The translations under genes were made by a program, and so were the position numbers. Shown here piece by piece: positions 17,990-27,160 of a stretch of 64,000 nt of DNA. The stretch is from Escherichia phage ime, in the sequence record MN850576.1. One strand, written 5' to 3'. Within the stretch, counting starts at the first letter, position 1. Each line of letters starts with the position of its first letter. Below the pieces are notes generated by a model. It was not told the DNA's origin. It searched no databases and worked only from the letters and a program-made list of their open reading frames with translations.

Positions 17990-18439
17990 GTGTTGAGCAA
18001 ACGTGAATGCGACAGCATTAGCCTGAATTCTTATAAGAAACAATGGTTTGGGGTGGAAGTTTGCCGACTGCGGCTAGGCTCCTACCTGAACTTCGTTTAT
18101 TATGAGAGTGACAGTCGTATCGTTTCTTATGAAGTGTTCTACACTAAGAACACATTCGAACTGCGCCGTAAAGTAGATGGCGGGAGAACTACCACCCAGA
18201 ATAATTGGGAAACTATTCTGCCTCCAGATGTTATAGGAAGTCCCCTGAATGTATCTGAAGATGAAAATCTTATGGTTCATGCTATGATGGGACTTGACAG
18301 CTTAGAGCTGGCAATCTATGATATGTCCATCGAAGCAGTTAAGCTGGACTACATCGAAAACACTTTAGAGGAAGGTATCAAGAAGTTTCTCAGTGAGAAA
18401 TTAAAAGACCACTTTCATAAGGAGCTATATCTGTTATGA
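17990..18439 (+). CDS. Hypothetical protein
   Basis: 149-aa ORF, GTG start after AAGGAG. Confidence 0.5.
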   Translation: MLSKRECDSISLNSYKKQWFGVEVCRLRLGSYLNFVYYESDSRIVSYEVFYTKNTFELRRKVDGGRTTTQNNWETILPPDVIGSPLNVSEDENLMVHAMMGLDSLELAIYDMSIEAVKLDYIENTLEEGIKKFLSEKLKDHFHKELYLL

Positions 18440-18681
18440 AGACCCGTAAAGAACGTAACAAAATTTTACCTGGAGCTCTCGAACACCTGATGAAGTGCAG
18501 ATCTATTTGGCACTCTGCCAAGGAAGGGCAGAAGGTGGTTGTGGTTAGTGACAATACCAACCCGTTTGGAGATTATACCACCATGATGGCTCCATATGTC
18601 CGTGATGGCGTTGTAGAAGTGGTCCCTTACAACGGTTTGCATGAACGGCACTTTGAAAGCACTTTGCTAGTGGAGCTATAG
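18436..18681 (+). CDS. Hypothetical protein
   Basis: 81-aa ORF, coupled start/stop. Confidence 0.45.
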   Translation: MKTRKERNKILPGALEHLMKCRSIWHSAKEGQKVVVVSDNTNPFGDYTTMMAPYVRDGVVEVVPYNGLHERHFESTLLVEL

Positions 18682-18683
18682 TC

Positions 18684-19250
18684 ATGGCGGTCAATGTGGC
18701 TTACAACACAGGAAAGCTTGACAGAGACATTGGGTGTCTTGTCCTTTCAGATACAGAAGAGTATTGGGGTTATGGGTTGCTGTCAGACCCACACCCGAGC
18801 AACCTTGTATCAACAGTGCTATACCGCTACGACCCTGTGCCAACGGTACACGACAGAGACATTCACGACCTTCGGATCAAGTGTCTGGAAGATCTGCTGA
18901 ACAATGGTTGCAACGATCTGCGGGTAGCCAAGGAGAAGCTTACAAACATTCACAAAGAGGAAGTGATGAGTACCCTCAGTAAAAGATCAGTGCACAAAAA
19001 GATGATGCTGAACTTTGCAATGGGTATCTACATGGATGGGTATAAGGGAGGGGATCCGATCCTCAAGCTTCGCTGCCCGACACTGTGGGAAAGAGTGGTT
19101 GACAGTAAGGACGGTACTGCCCTGCTCGAACTCCACACTGCAGGTTGGATTTGGCGGTATGTAGACGGATACCCTCTGTGGGCATGTGGACCTGGGGAAT
19201 TTGTTGACAGACCTAGCGCGGTGGTGGACTTACTATTGCAGTTTGAATAA
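18684..19250 (+). CDS. Hypothetical protein
   Basis: 188-aa ORF. Confidence 0.5.
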   Translation: MAVNVAYNTGKLDRDIGCLVLSDTEEYWGYGLLSDPHPSNLVSTVLYRYDPVPTVHDRDIHDLRIKCLEDLLNNGCNDLRVAKEKLTNIHKEEVMSTLSKRSVHKKMMLNFAMGIYMDGYKGGDPILKLRCPTLWERVVDSKDGTALLELHTAGWIWRYVDGYPLWACGPGEFVDRPSAVVDLLLQFE

Positions 19251-19307
19251 AAAGGTGAGTTATAAGGTATTCATACACCTACCAACAATACAACAGGAGA
19301 GACTAAG

Positions 19308-19583
19308 ATGACGAAAGAAGAGGCCGACGTATTAGATTTTGCACTAGAGGCTACGCAGGAGGCTTTGGTGTTAGCTTGGAAAATGAACCAGCGTGCTGCA
19401 GAATGCAACCGCCGCATCAATGAGATCTTGGGCATGTCTATGTATGATTTCACCATGCATGCCGGAGAGATTCCTGAATTAACTGCCGAGATGAATGATC
19501 TTGACGATAAAATTAATATCATTCTGAAGACAGCAGAAACAACTCACCAAACCGCCCGTAAATTTATCAACGAGAAGGTGTGA
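19308..19583 (+). CDS. Hypothetical protein
   Basis: 91-aa ORF with SD CAGGAGAG. Confidence 0.5.
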   Translation: MTKEEADVLDFALEATQEALVLAWKMNQRAAECNRRINEILGMSMYDFTMHAGEIPELTAEMNDLDDKINIILKTAETTHQTARKFINEKV

Positions 19584-20050
19584 ATATGGACTACAGCTAC
19601 TGCGGGGAAGAAGTCCCTTTTAATTACAGCAATCTTACCACGAGCAATCCATATGAGACTCGCCACGGCACGCACATCATTGCCATCGACTTTGATGGAA
19701 CGTTTAATGCGAGCCCTTTCATCTTCTCCAGCCTGATCAGGGATCTGAAGAAGGAGGGGTGGACAGTCTACCTTGTGACTTTCCGATTCATTACTCAAGA
19801 CAATGTAGACATTGAGTATTGGCGCAAGGAGCTCGATGTTGGTGTGTTCTACACAGGTGGTGTTCAGAAGGCAGCCTACCTGGCGCAGTTTGATATCTAC
19901 CCAGATATCTGGATTGATGATTCTCCGGCATGTATTCCGGCTAAGAATCAGTTAGAGTTTGCAATGAAGGAGATTGAGTATAAGTCTGAGGCTAAGCGGA
20001 ACGGATGGCCCTTTATTATTGAAGATTACCCAGATCCTGAACCGGAGTAA
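19580..20050 (+). CDS. HAD-superfamily phosphatase (possible nucleotidase)
   Basis: HAD motif I IIAIDFDGTF (DxDGT); 156 aa. Confidence 0.55.
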   Translation: MNMDYSYCGEEVPFNYSNLTTSNPYETRHGTHIIAIDFDGTFNASPFIFSSLIRDLKKEGWTVYLVTFRFITQDNVDIEYWRKELDVGVFYTGGVQKAAYLAQFDIYPDIWIDDSPACIPAKNQLEFAMKEIEYKSEAKRNGWPFIIEDYPDPEPE

Positions 20051-20276
20051 GAGCCATGAGGCGAAGATATCATTACCTGATGTGGAAGTTATATCAAAAT
20101 GCTGCCAAAGCCTATCATATCATGTTTGGCAATGACGATCACTACATCATGTTACATCTCACCGCTATTGAGCATCACAATGAGTGGATTCATGCAATCG
20201 TGGCAGGTGATAAAGACTTTAAGTAAAGTATACCTCAAAAACGTATAGTGCGGCTTTCTAGACGGAGACTGATTAA

Positions 20277-20657
20277 ATGTGCAAGTGTAAATCCTATAAT
20301 TGGAAAGTGAAAGGTGCCAAGCATCCAAATGTTATCGTTGATGTGCCTAAAAATCTTCGTGACGGCAAAAAACGTGTGTGCCTTGATAAGTGTATGGCTA
20401 AGCCTATCATGAGTTTGTGGGCAGCAGGTTTGAAAACGCTAAACTGCTGCTGTGGTCATAACAAAGATATTCCAAGCATCATTATCCCAGAAGATGCAGA
20501 TCCTAAAGCTTATGCCAAAATACTGACCCGCTATCCCAGCACCTTCCTGATCGGAAAATGGTGTCACGATGAACTCCAATGGTGGATAGCCTATGGTAGT
20601 ATAGGCACTACTTTTGGCTTCCCAGCTTTGTCAGAGCGCTATGTCAAAGTGCCATAA
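20277..20657 (+). CDS. Cys-rich hypothetical protein
   Basis: 126-aa ORF with clustered cysteines (CKCKS, CLDKC, NCCCGH). Confidence 0.45.
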   Translation: MCKCKSYNWKVKGAKHPNVIVDVPKNLRDGKKRVCLDKCMAKPIMSLWAAGLKTLNCCCGHNKDIPSIIIPEDADPKAYAKILTRYPSTFLIGKWCHDELQWWIAYGSIGTTFGFPALSERYVKVP

Positions 20658-20666
20658 TAGAATTTA

Positions 20667-20684
20667 AGGCCTCAAACGAGGCCT
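20667..20684 (+). other. Stable stem-loop without U-tract (RNA processing site or weak terminator)
   Basis: AGGCCTC-AAAC-GAGGCCT perfect 7-bp inverted repeat directly after the stop of 20277..20657. Confidence 0.4.
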
Positions 20685-20761
20685 GTGCCTTCATAAATTT
20701 CTCCACCCTGTGCGATTGCCTTCCTGAATAAAATACCCTCTCAGATCTCTTAAAATTAAGC

Positions 20762-20790
20762 TTGACACCACCACCAGATCTATATATAAT
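20762..20790 (+). promoter_or_regulatory. Perfect consensus sigma70 promoter (TTGACA-N17-TATAAT) with AT-rich upstream region
   Basis: TTGACA at 20762-20767, 17-nt spacer, TATAAT at 20785-20790; AAAATTAA upstream. Confidence 0.7.
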
Positions 20791-20819
20791 TCTCACCAAC
20801 CAAACAGAGGAGATCGTCA

Positions 20820-21226
20820 TGGATAATCTTGCAGATGTAAATGTCGAAATTGTTAAACTAAAGTTCTTGGGCTTTCGAGACCCTTATTCTTTAACAGCCA
20901 TACTAATGGATACTCACTTCACACCAGGTAAAGAGTACACTGCCTTCCGTTATATTTGCGGAGATCACGAATCAGCTTACAGTGTGAATACAAACCTCGG
21001 CGAGGGATATTTCATCAGAGATATCACAGATCACTTGTGGGGTATGTGGGAGTTGGTGGAGGAAGAGAATAAATCCCTTCCTAAAGAGATTTGGGTGCAC
21101 ACCTTCCACACAGGTAAGTTTGGAGGTACGGAACATAAGTCTATCCACTATGATGAAGAAAGTGCCATCAAACAACAAGCTGTGCTTGGTGGATCTATAG
21201 AAAAATTTGTTAAATGCGAGGACTGA
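20820..21226 (+). CDS. Hypothetical protein driven by the consensus promoter
   Basis: ATG at 20820 preceded by AGAGGAG; the ORF-track start at 20762 is the TTG of the -35 hexamer and is rejected. Confidence 0.55.
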
Positions 21227-21229
21227 GAA

Positions 21230-21430
21230 ATGGCTGATTTTTGTAAAGATTGCTCTGAAGAGTTGTTTGGCTTTGACTGCAAAGATTTGGAAGGTCTGAT
21301 CACTGAGGATCAGTGGAAGGAAGGCTATGCAGCACCTGTTATTTGTGAAGGTTGTGGCTATACCTATGTTGACCATAAAGGTAAGCGCGTCAAGCCGTCT
21401 GAAGATGGGGCATGTTGGGAGTATTACTAA
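21230..21430 (+). CDS. Small Cys-rich (zinc-ribbon-like) protein with WKxGYAAPxxCExC motif
   Basis: CKDC...WKEGYAAPVICEGCG; same motif as the protein of 2194..2676. Confidence 0.5.
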   Translation: MADFCKDCSEELFGFDCKDLEGLITEDQWKEGYAAPVICEGCGYTYVDHKGKRVKPSEDGACWEYY

Positions 21431-21442
21431 CTATAAAAAGAA

Positions 21443-21468
21443 AGGGGCCGTTTGGCCCCTTTTTATTT
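21443..21468. terminator. Bidirectional rho-independent terminator at the convergence of plus and minus blocks
   Basis: AGGGGCC-GTTT-GGCCCCT followed by TTTTTATTT on plus and preceded by AAAAAGAAA (U-rich on minus). Confidence 0.75.
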
Positions 21469-21477
21469 ACCACCTTG

Positions 21478-24036
21478 TTAACGAGAAAAGGTTGCGTAGG
21501 CTTCTAGACGATACTGCTGGTCACCAGGGAACATAACACCTATAGAGGCTGTCCCTAGAATCCTGCCTTCCTTTCCAGACTCCATTCTGAACCCTACCCA
21601 TCCTGAACTCCTTGCAGCCTCGATGTTGTCGCTATACCCGAAAGTGGCAAGATCGTCAACACCAGCCCCAAACAGCAACTGAAGCTGACTTCTCGGAAGC
21701 CCTATAATTTCAGGAATATACGCACCAAAGTACACCATCTGCCCTACCTTAGGACCGCTGCCGTACTCCATCGGTTTGCTTGTAGAGAAAGTCTTCATAC
21801 CAGAAGTACCTGCCGGATTAGGGTATGCCCCGTTTGTTGCTGTACCTATCCACATTCTCCACTGTGGTGCCATCTGTTTGACAGTAAAAGATGTTGAAGA
21901 CGTTTTGCGCCCTGCATCATCTGTAACTACAAACTTTATGGTGACATTCCCAGTAGCTTTAAATGTTACCAGTCCTGTGGTGGCATCCACTGTTGCAATG
22001 TTGGTATTACTACTTTCCCAAGTCTTTCTAATCCCGGATACGTTGGAAGGGGTAATAGAAGGTTCCTGCATCTGCAGTTTACCACCCACAATCCCTATGC
22101 CGTTGCCCGGATTATACAGCACACCAACCTCGTCTATAATGTTCCCTGCTTTGAGACTATACTTCCTTGAGAAGTTGTAGGTTCCGTTATAAGTGTGTGT
22201 CCCTGAGAAGGTGACATCTGCCTTCCCGTAAGAGATGCAAACCAAAGCATACTTCCTGTCAGGCAACGTTTCTCCAGTCTCTGGGTGAGTTTTACCTACC
22301 TGGAACACACTCGGGTCAGTAGAGTCGTGACTATCACTAACGGAGCTTGGACCGCCCATCAACTGTGACAAACAATTCCTTACCCATGTCCAGTTATTAT
22401 CGCTGGAGAAGTCCACAGTCAAATCAAACACAACCCACTCATTTGGCTTCCACACAGGTGTTGTAATGGACTTGCCTACACCACCTCCTTGGAGTGTTGC
22501 CGACTGTTCGGTGATCAGGGCCGTATAGGCCAGAGTTCCTAAACTCAGAGTCTGGCTTGCTGTCCTCACTACCTTAGAATCAGCATCTGTGAAGTTGTTG
22601 ATGATTTGGAATGTGCCATAAGTGTTTTTACAGGTAATTCTGGCGTTCAGCGTGTCAATCTTCCTCACATCTGCCATAGCAGTGTTAGACACAGAGAAGT
22701 CAGAAGCTTTAGCTGAGTTTGCCGCAACAGCAGGATCAACGTTAAGAGTTGCGTTGAACTGACAGGCAGGGGTAACCAGCAGCTTGTTATCACCTATTTG
22801 CTTCCATGAAATACTTTGGACAGGTAGATTCCATTTAATACCTGAGAAAACTTTAGCAACCCTTGGCCCCAAAGCTCCAGTCCTGTTGTCTTTACAGCAC
22901 ATAGACATGGTGATCGTTGACGGAGTTGCCTGACCAAATAATTGCTGTGCTTTTGCAGAGGACATAGTGTAGAAATTGTCCTTAACAAACTCATCAGCAG
23001 CTAAAGATCCATCAGCTCTCCACCACTGAACCTGGTACCCTGTTTTGTCCCAACCACCGACCTGCTTCAAGTCCTCCCAGGAGATTTCTAGATCCCCAGT
23101 GGTAGGGTTGATTGCAGCAGTTCCCGGTGTTCCGGGTGACCACAATGGAATATCGAACCACGCTGGTTTAACCGACTGCACTGCGCTGGGACCTATTGCG
23201 GCAGCAAGTTGCTGGCCCATCAATACGCGAGCATCTTTCACCAGACCCCACTCGATCATAGACCCAGAGTAACCTTCTTTCTTGTAGGCTGAGGATCCGT
23301 TCAAATGGATGAGTCGGCTTGTGCCAAAGTTATGTGCTCCACCACCGTTGTCGTCTGCAAAATTGGTTATGATTCTATCCCTGATATTTTTCCATGCCCT
23401 GCCCCCAATCTCATAGTCATGGTCATAACATCTTTGCAGTGTTGTCCAGCAAATGATCGCCATCCTTCTACCATCGCTGAATCCAAAGGCCTGATCGTTA
23501 AGCTCTCTCCACAAGTAGCAGTTAGTGGTCCACATGGCCCTATGAATGTTAAACCAGTTTATAGATTTGGCTGAGTTGTCCCACTGAGTCCCAGGTAATT
23601 CAGGCCATACTGCATTAACCAGCATGTCTTCTGTTCCTGCATCAACCAAGAACCCTCTTACCTTCTTACCCATGCCTACCCTATCTTTTGCAATCCAGCT
23701 GCCAAACAATCTCAGTTTTGGACCGTAGACAACATCTTCCGGATGCTCAAAAGAAACATATTTTAGGTATATTGTAGGGTCACCATAGGTGCCATCACAA
23801 ACAGCTTTGTGCATGTTCTCGCCAAGGTCTAGACGAAGTCCTGTTACAACTTTAGACGTGTCGGTGAATTTGTCTGTTAAATCAAACTCATACCACCACC
23901 AACCTGCACCCAACAATACTTTCTTACAACGCTGTGCGTCTGTATCAGATATTCTCTTCCCCTGCAAAAGGTGAGTCAGCAAACTGATAGTGCAGAGCGA
24001 TCTCAAAAGGATGTGTGGATGTCCCGTTTTCTGCAA
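21478..24036 (-). CDS. Large virion-associated protein with C-terminal Big_2 (Ig-like) domain
   Basis: C-terminal ITPSNVSGIRKTWESSNTNIATVDATTGLVTFKATGNVTIKFVVTD matches a Big_2 pattern; called TTG start overlaps the upstream gene by 92 nt, so the true start is probably further downstream. Confidence 0.55.
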   Translation of the reverse strand: MQKTGHPHILLRSLCTISLLTHLLQGKRISDTDAQRCKKVLLGAGWWWYEFDLTDKFTDTSKVVTGLRLDLGENMHKAVCDGTYGDPTIYLKYVSFEHPEDVVYGPKLRLFGSWIAKDRVGMGKKVRGFLVDAGTEDMLVNAVWPELPGTQWDNSAKSINWFNIHRAMWTTNCYLWRELNDQAFGFSDGRRMAIICWTTLQRCYDHDYEIGGRAWKNIRDRIITNFADDNGGGAHNFGTSRLIHLNGSSAYKKEGYSGSMIEWGLVKDARVLMGQQLAAAIGPSAVQSVKPAWFDIPLWSPGTPGTAAINPTTGDLEISWEDLKQVGGWDKTGYQVQWWRADGSLAADEFVKDNFYTMSSAKAQQLFGQATPSTITMSMCCKDNRTGALGPRVAKVFSGIKWNLPVQSISWKQIGDNKLLVTPACQFNATLNVDPAVAANSAKASDFSVSNTAMADVRKIDTLNARITCKNTYGTFQIINNFTDADSKVVRTASQTLSLGTLAYTALITEQSATLQGGGVGKSITTPVWKPNEWVVFDLTVDFSSDNNWTWVRNCLSQLMGGPSSVSDSHDSTDPSVFQVGKTHPETGETLPDRKYALVCISYGKADVTFSGTHTYNGTYNFSRKYSLKAGNIIDEVGVLYNPGNGIGIVGGKLQMQEPSITPSNVSGIRKTWESSNTNIATVDATTGLVTFKATGNVTIKFVVTDDAGRKTSSTSFTVKQMAPQWRMWIGTATNGAYPNPAGTSGMKTFSTSKPMEYGSGPKVGQMVYFGAYIPEIIGLPRSQLQLLFGAGVDDLATFGYSDNIEAARSSGWVGFRMESGKEGRILGTASIGVMFPGDQQYRLEAYATFSR

Positions 24037-27000
24037 GAACTTGTTTACCTATCAGGTCGCACTTAATGATCATCACAACACGTTTGTATCCGTTTGTTAC
24101 CGGAATTTGCATGGACATGGATGTCCCATCCATGTTTGATCTCAGTGCAGTCATGATGATATAAGGGTCAACTGCATTGCCCAAAGTCTCAGGACCGGGG
24201 ATTATCTTATACTTCTTGACCTGCCCCATGATGTAGTCACTTGCGTAAGTTGCCTCATTCAAGCAAGATCCCCCACCAGGTAACTCACCAGGTCCCCAGA
24301 AAAATGCGCCGTAACAGTTGTAGAACCACTTGTTAGGATCGTATTTATTCTTGAAGGTCTGAACCTCGTTGGCCTGTTTTGTCAAGAAAACCTGCGTGTC
24401 TGTGAAGATTGCAGGGTTTACTCTCGCCTGTCTTGGAGGGTAACCTGTAGTTTGGTTAAACCACAAATTACAAGAGTAATCCCTCATATAGTCATAATCA
24501 GAGTATTTGTTTACATCTTCGTTCCAACACATGTTTAGGTTGGTACCGCCCATGCATACAATATATTCTGCGACATACTTATCACTTCTGGTAGGAATAC
24601 CTATGAACCATCTGTTAACAGGCTCATCCCAAGCTGTGCGCTCATCTTTAACGCAGATAGCAATCCAGTCATGTGTTCCTGTTTTCTTGCACACATCTCG
24701 CTTCATGCCATAGTAGAACTCTTTAGTATTCGGCTCAGGTGCATTTATCAGGTAACTCCATGCCTGATTTGCATAAGTTCCATTGGTGCGTGGATCATGA
24801 TCAAAGGCATACATGATGATCCTTTCCCCACCAAGATGTTCGCCAAGAGTAACTTTGACATTCACATCGCCGTAACCATTGCGAACAACATCCATATTAT
24901 CAATAGAGATACCTCTGGGCGTGTAGGCAATTTTCAGCGAGTTATCTTCACTAGTGCCGCCAAGTGTAATCCCTATGTTGTTTGTTGTCCCGTCGACATA
25001 TCTTACTGTAGCTTCCCAGCGTATTCCGAAATATCCTGCATCATGGCTGACAATTTTCAGTGTACGAGCTCCCGGGTGAGGTTTTCCAGGATCAGGCCAA
25101 GGGTCTGGGTGTTCGTGAACAGTCAACGACGTTCCGTTCTGCTCATTAACCTGCAACATTTTACCACCCTTGCCATTAGGATTGAACTCCCACAAGGCTT
25201 GTGTTTTCACAATATTGTCATACGTGGCGCGTCTTTGATCGTAGATCTCTTGGGTCACATCATAAGTGACTGATCCAGCATCCATTCTGTGGAGTCTGAC
25301 CATATACGATGTATCCCCTTCTACTGCAGGTTGGGTCCCATTCAGCCCAAAGTATACAGTATCGTTAACATGGAACTGCTTGTTTCTACCAACGGTATGC
25401 CACTTGCCGTTGGACGGATACGCAGGAACTATGGTGTTCCAGTTCAAAGTCCTTGTCGTGTGAGTTCTGCCTGTGCCATGCTTGTCATGATAGGTTATTT
25501 TTACAGAGTACAGGCCACGTCTGTTAACATTTCTGTTATACTGGGTAACAACAACTTCGTTGGCCCCGCCGTGGTTCCAGTTGGTGGAGAATTGGTAATT
25601 TGCATCTGTAACAACCGTACCTGCAGCATTCACCAGTTCAATCTTGTCAATGATGAACGTAGCTCCCTCTGGCTGAGGCTTCAATTTCATCTTGACCGTG
25701 TCACCAATGTAGATATTGCTAACACTACTAACACCATTAACGTCGAAAATATCATCAACGCCCCAACTGTCTACTGGGACATTTTTATACCAATTCTCAG
25801 GAACCTCTGTGAACCCCTGACTATTAAGTCTGCCGCCAAACAGGTTATTAGAGCCTGCAAAACTTCCCCTTGGGATGCCTGACCACCAAAGTTTGCCATT
25901 AACAACAGTAAAGGTCCCTAAGAAACCTTCTCTGTGGATACCCTGGAAATAAACACTTTCTGTCCAGCTTACTGGCATCCGTTGCTCGACGTATTTAGCC
26001 GTAGCCAGAGCCTGATAGTGAATAAAATTAGCCCTAGGACTGTTGTTTGCAGATTGTGCACCAATATCATTGCACAGATTGCGAGAGAAGCCACGATACT
26101 GTTTGGTGCCATTATTGAAGAAAATGCCACTTGTGCCGTATCCACGAGCCATTATCACCTCATGGGTGTAGGTGATATTTAAGGAACGCCATGTGTCATC
26201 TCCCCAGACGTCTTGCCCGTAGAATACGTTAACAAGCTGTTGGTCATCAGGTTTGTGCATCCTTTCTGTGGCTATAATTGCACCATTAGGTCCACACATG
26301 AACCCTTTCCATGTCTCGCCCACCGGGATGCCTTTAAACTGGTCAAGAGTCACATGCTCGGCTGGATAAACTAGTGTGTTTTTGCTGTTATTTCTTAAGA
26401 AATCGTAACCTGCAATCCAGAATCCGTTAGGACCACCAAAAATAACCGAGTTGTCATGCACCTCGCAGTTGATGCTTGGGTTTTTCCAAGGGCCTGTTTC
26501 AGGATTTTCCGATGTCTCGCCGATCTTTACGGGAGTTGCATGCTGATTTTTATCTACATGCAAAGATCCGTAGGTGTTGTTACCAGACCCATACAGGTTC
26601 AGTATGCCAGTGCCTTCTGCCTCTGCAATAACCCAGACAGTGTTGTTAATACCACCCATCACCTCAACAAGGCGTTCTGGGTGGGTGTCAAGGTGCAATC
26701 CTTTAACAATCTGCTCTGGGAGTGGTGTCCACTCGTTTACGCAAACATCATTACCGCCTGCCGCAGTGGATCCGATAAGACCTGCAGTGCAGCCGATGTA
26801 GAAAAACTGGTTATCAAAAGTCCGGATCACAAACGCGCGGTCTGCTCTCCACACATGATCAACATTCCAGGCTGTTTCGCTCGGATAGTTTATAGGGCTA
26901 CGATCCCCAGTGCGGCACTCTCCGAACTTGTTATAGCCAGTAATATTAAGCTGACCATCATCAAAAAGTATAGCTAAGCTATTTACATAGGATACTGTGT

Positions 27001-27112
27001 TGCTTGTACCATCACTGTTGTCTATTGGGTATGACAGAACAGCAAGTTCCTTAATTCCACCCCTCTTATCGAGGAAATGACGACCAAGTTTTAGCAAAGG
27101 GATTGGAAGCAT
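23945..27112 (-). CDS. Large tail fibre/spike-like protein with possible N-terminal RCC1-like repeats
   Basis: 1055 aa, rich in G/N/T/W/Y; N-terminal glycine-rich repeats reminiscent of a beta-propeller. Confidence 0.5.
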   Translation of the reverse strand: MLPIPLLKLGRHFLDKRGGIKELAVLSYPIDNSDGTSNTVSYVNSLAILFDDGQLNITGYNKFGECRTGDRSPINYPSETAWNVDHVWRADRAFVIRTFDNQFFYIGCTAGLIGSTAAGGNDVCVNEWTPLPEQIVKGLHLDTHPERLVEVMGGINNTVWVIAEAEGTGILNLYGSGNNTYGSLHVDKNQHATPVKIGETSENPETGPWKNPSINCEVHDNSVIFGGPNGFWIAGYDFLRNNSKNTLVYPAEHVTLDQFKGIPVGETWKGFMCGPNGAIIATERMHKPDDQQLVNVFYGQDVWGDDTWRSLNITYTHEVIMARGYGTSGIFFNNGTKQYRGFSRNLCNDIGAQSANNSPRANFIHYQALATAKYVEQRMPVSWTESVYFQGIHREGFLGTFTVVNGKLWWSGIPRGSFAGSNNLFGGRLNSQGFTEVPENWYKNVPVDSWGVDDIFDVNGVSSVSNIYIGDTVKMKLKPQPEGATFIIDKIELVNAAGTVVTDANYQFSTNWNHGGANEVVVTQYNRNVNRRGLYSVKITYHDKHGTGRTHTTRTLNWNTIVPAYPSNGKWHTVGRNKQFHVNDTVYFGLNGTQPAVEGDTSYMVRLHRMDAGSVTYDVTQEIYDQRRATYDNIVKTQALWEFNPNGKGGKMLQVNEQNGTSLTVHEHPDPWPDPGKPHPGARTLKIVSHDAGYFGIRWEATVRYVDGTTNNIGITLGGTSEDNSLKIAYTPRGISIDNMDVVRNGYGDVNVKVTLGEHLGGERIIMYAFDHDPRTNGTYANQAWSYLINAPEPNTKEFYYGMKRDVCKKTGTHDWIAICVKDERTAWDEPVNRWFIGIPTRSDKYVAEYIVCMGGTNLNMCWNEDVNKYSDYDYMRDYSCNLWFNQTTGYPPRQARVNPAIFTDTQVFLTKQANEVQTFKNKYDPNKWFYNCYGAFFWGPGELPGGGSCLNEATYASDYIMGQVKKYKIIPGPETLGNAVDPYIIMTALRSNMDGTSMSMQIPVTNGYKRVVMIIKCDLIGKQVLAENGTSTHPFEIALHYQFADSPFAGEENI

Positions 27113-27124
27113 TGTGTTCTCCAG

Positions 27125-27150
27125 ATAAGAAAACCGCCCCGTCAGGAGCG
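27125..27150 (-). terminator. Rho-independent terminator-like hairpin
   Basis: Minus-strand CCGCUCC-UGAC-GGGGCGG followed by UUUUCUUAUC. Confidence 0.45.
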
Positions 27151-27160
27151 GTTAGATATA

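Noticed and set aside
20762-20819. ORF-track start at 20762 for the gene ending 21226
   Set aside because: The TTG is the first codon of a perfect TTGACA -35 hexamer; the ATG at 20820 with an AGAGGAG SD is the plausible start.
24507-26977. Antisense ORFs inside the 1055-aa gene (for example 24671..25273, 25289..25882, 26456..26977)
   Set aside because: They sit entirely within a long, compositionally coherent minus-strand gene, and their translations are Cys/Ile-rich low-complexity sequences typical of the non-coding strand.
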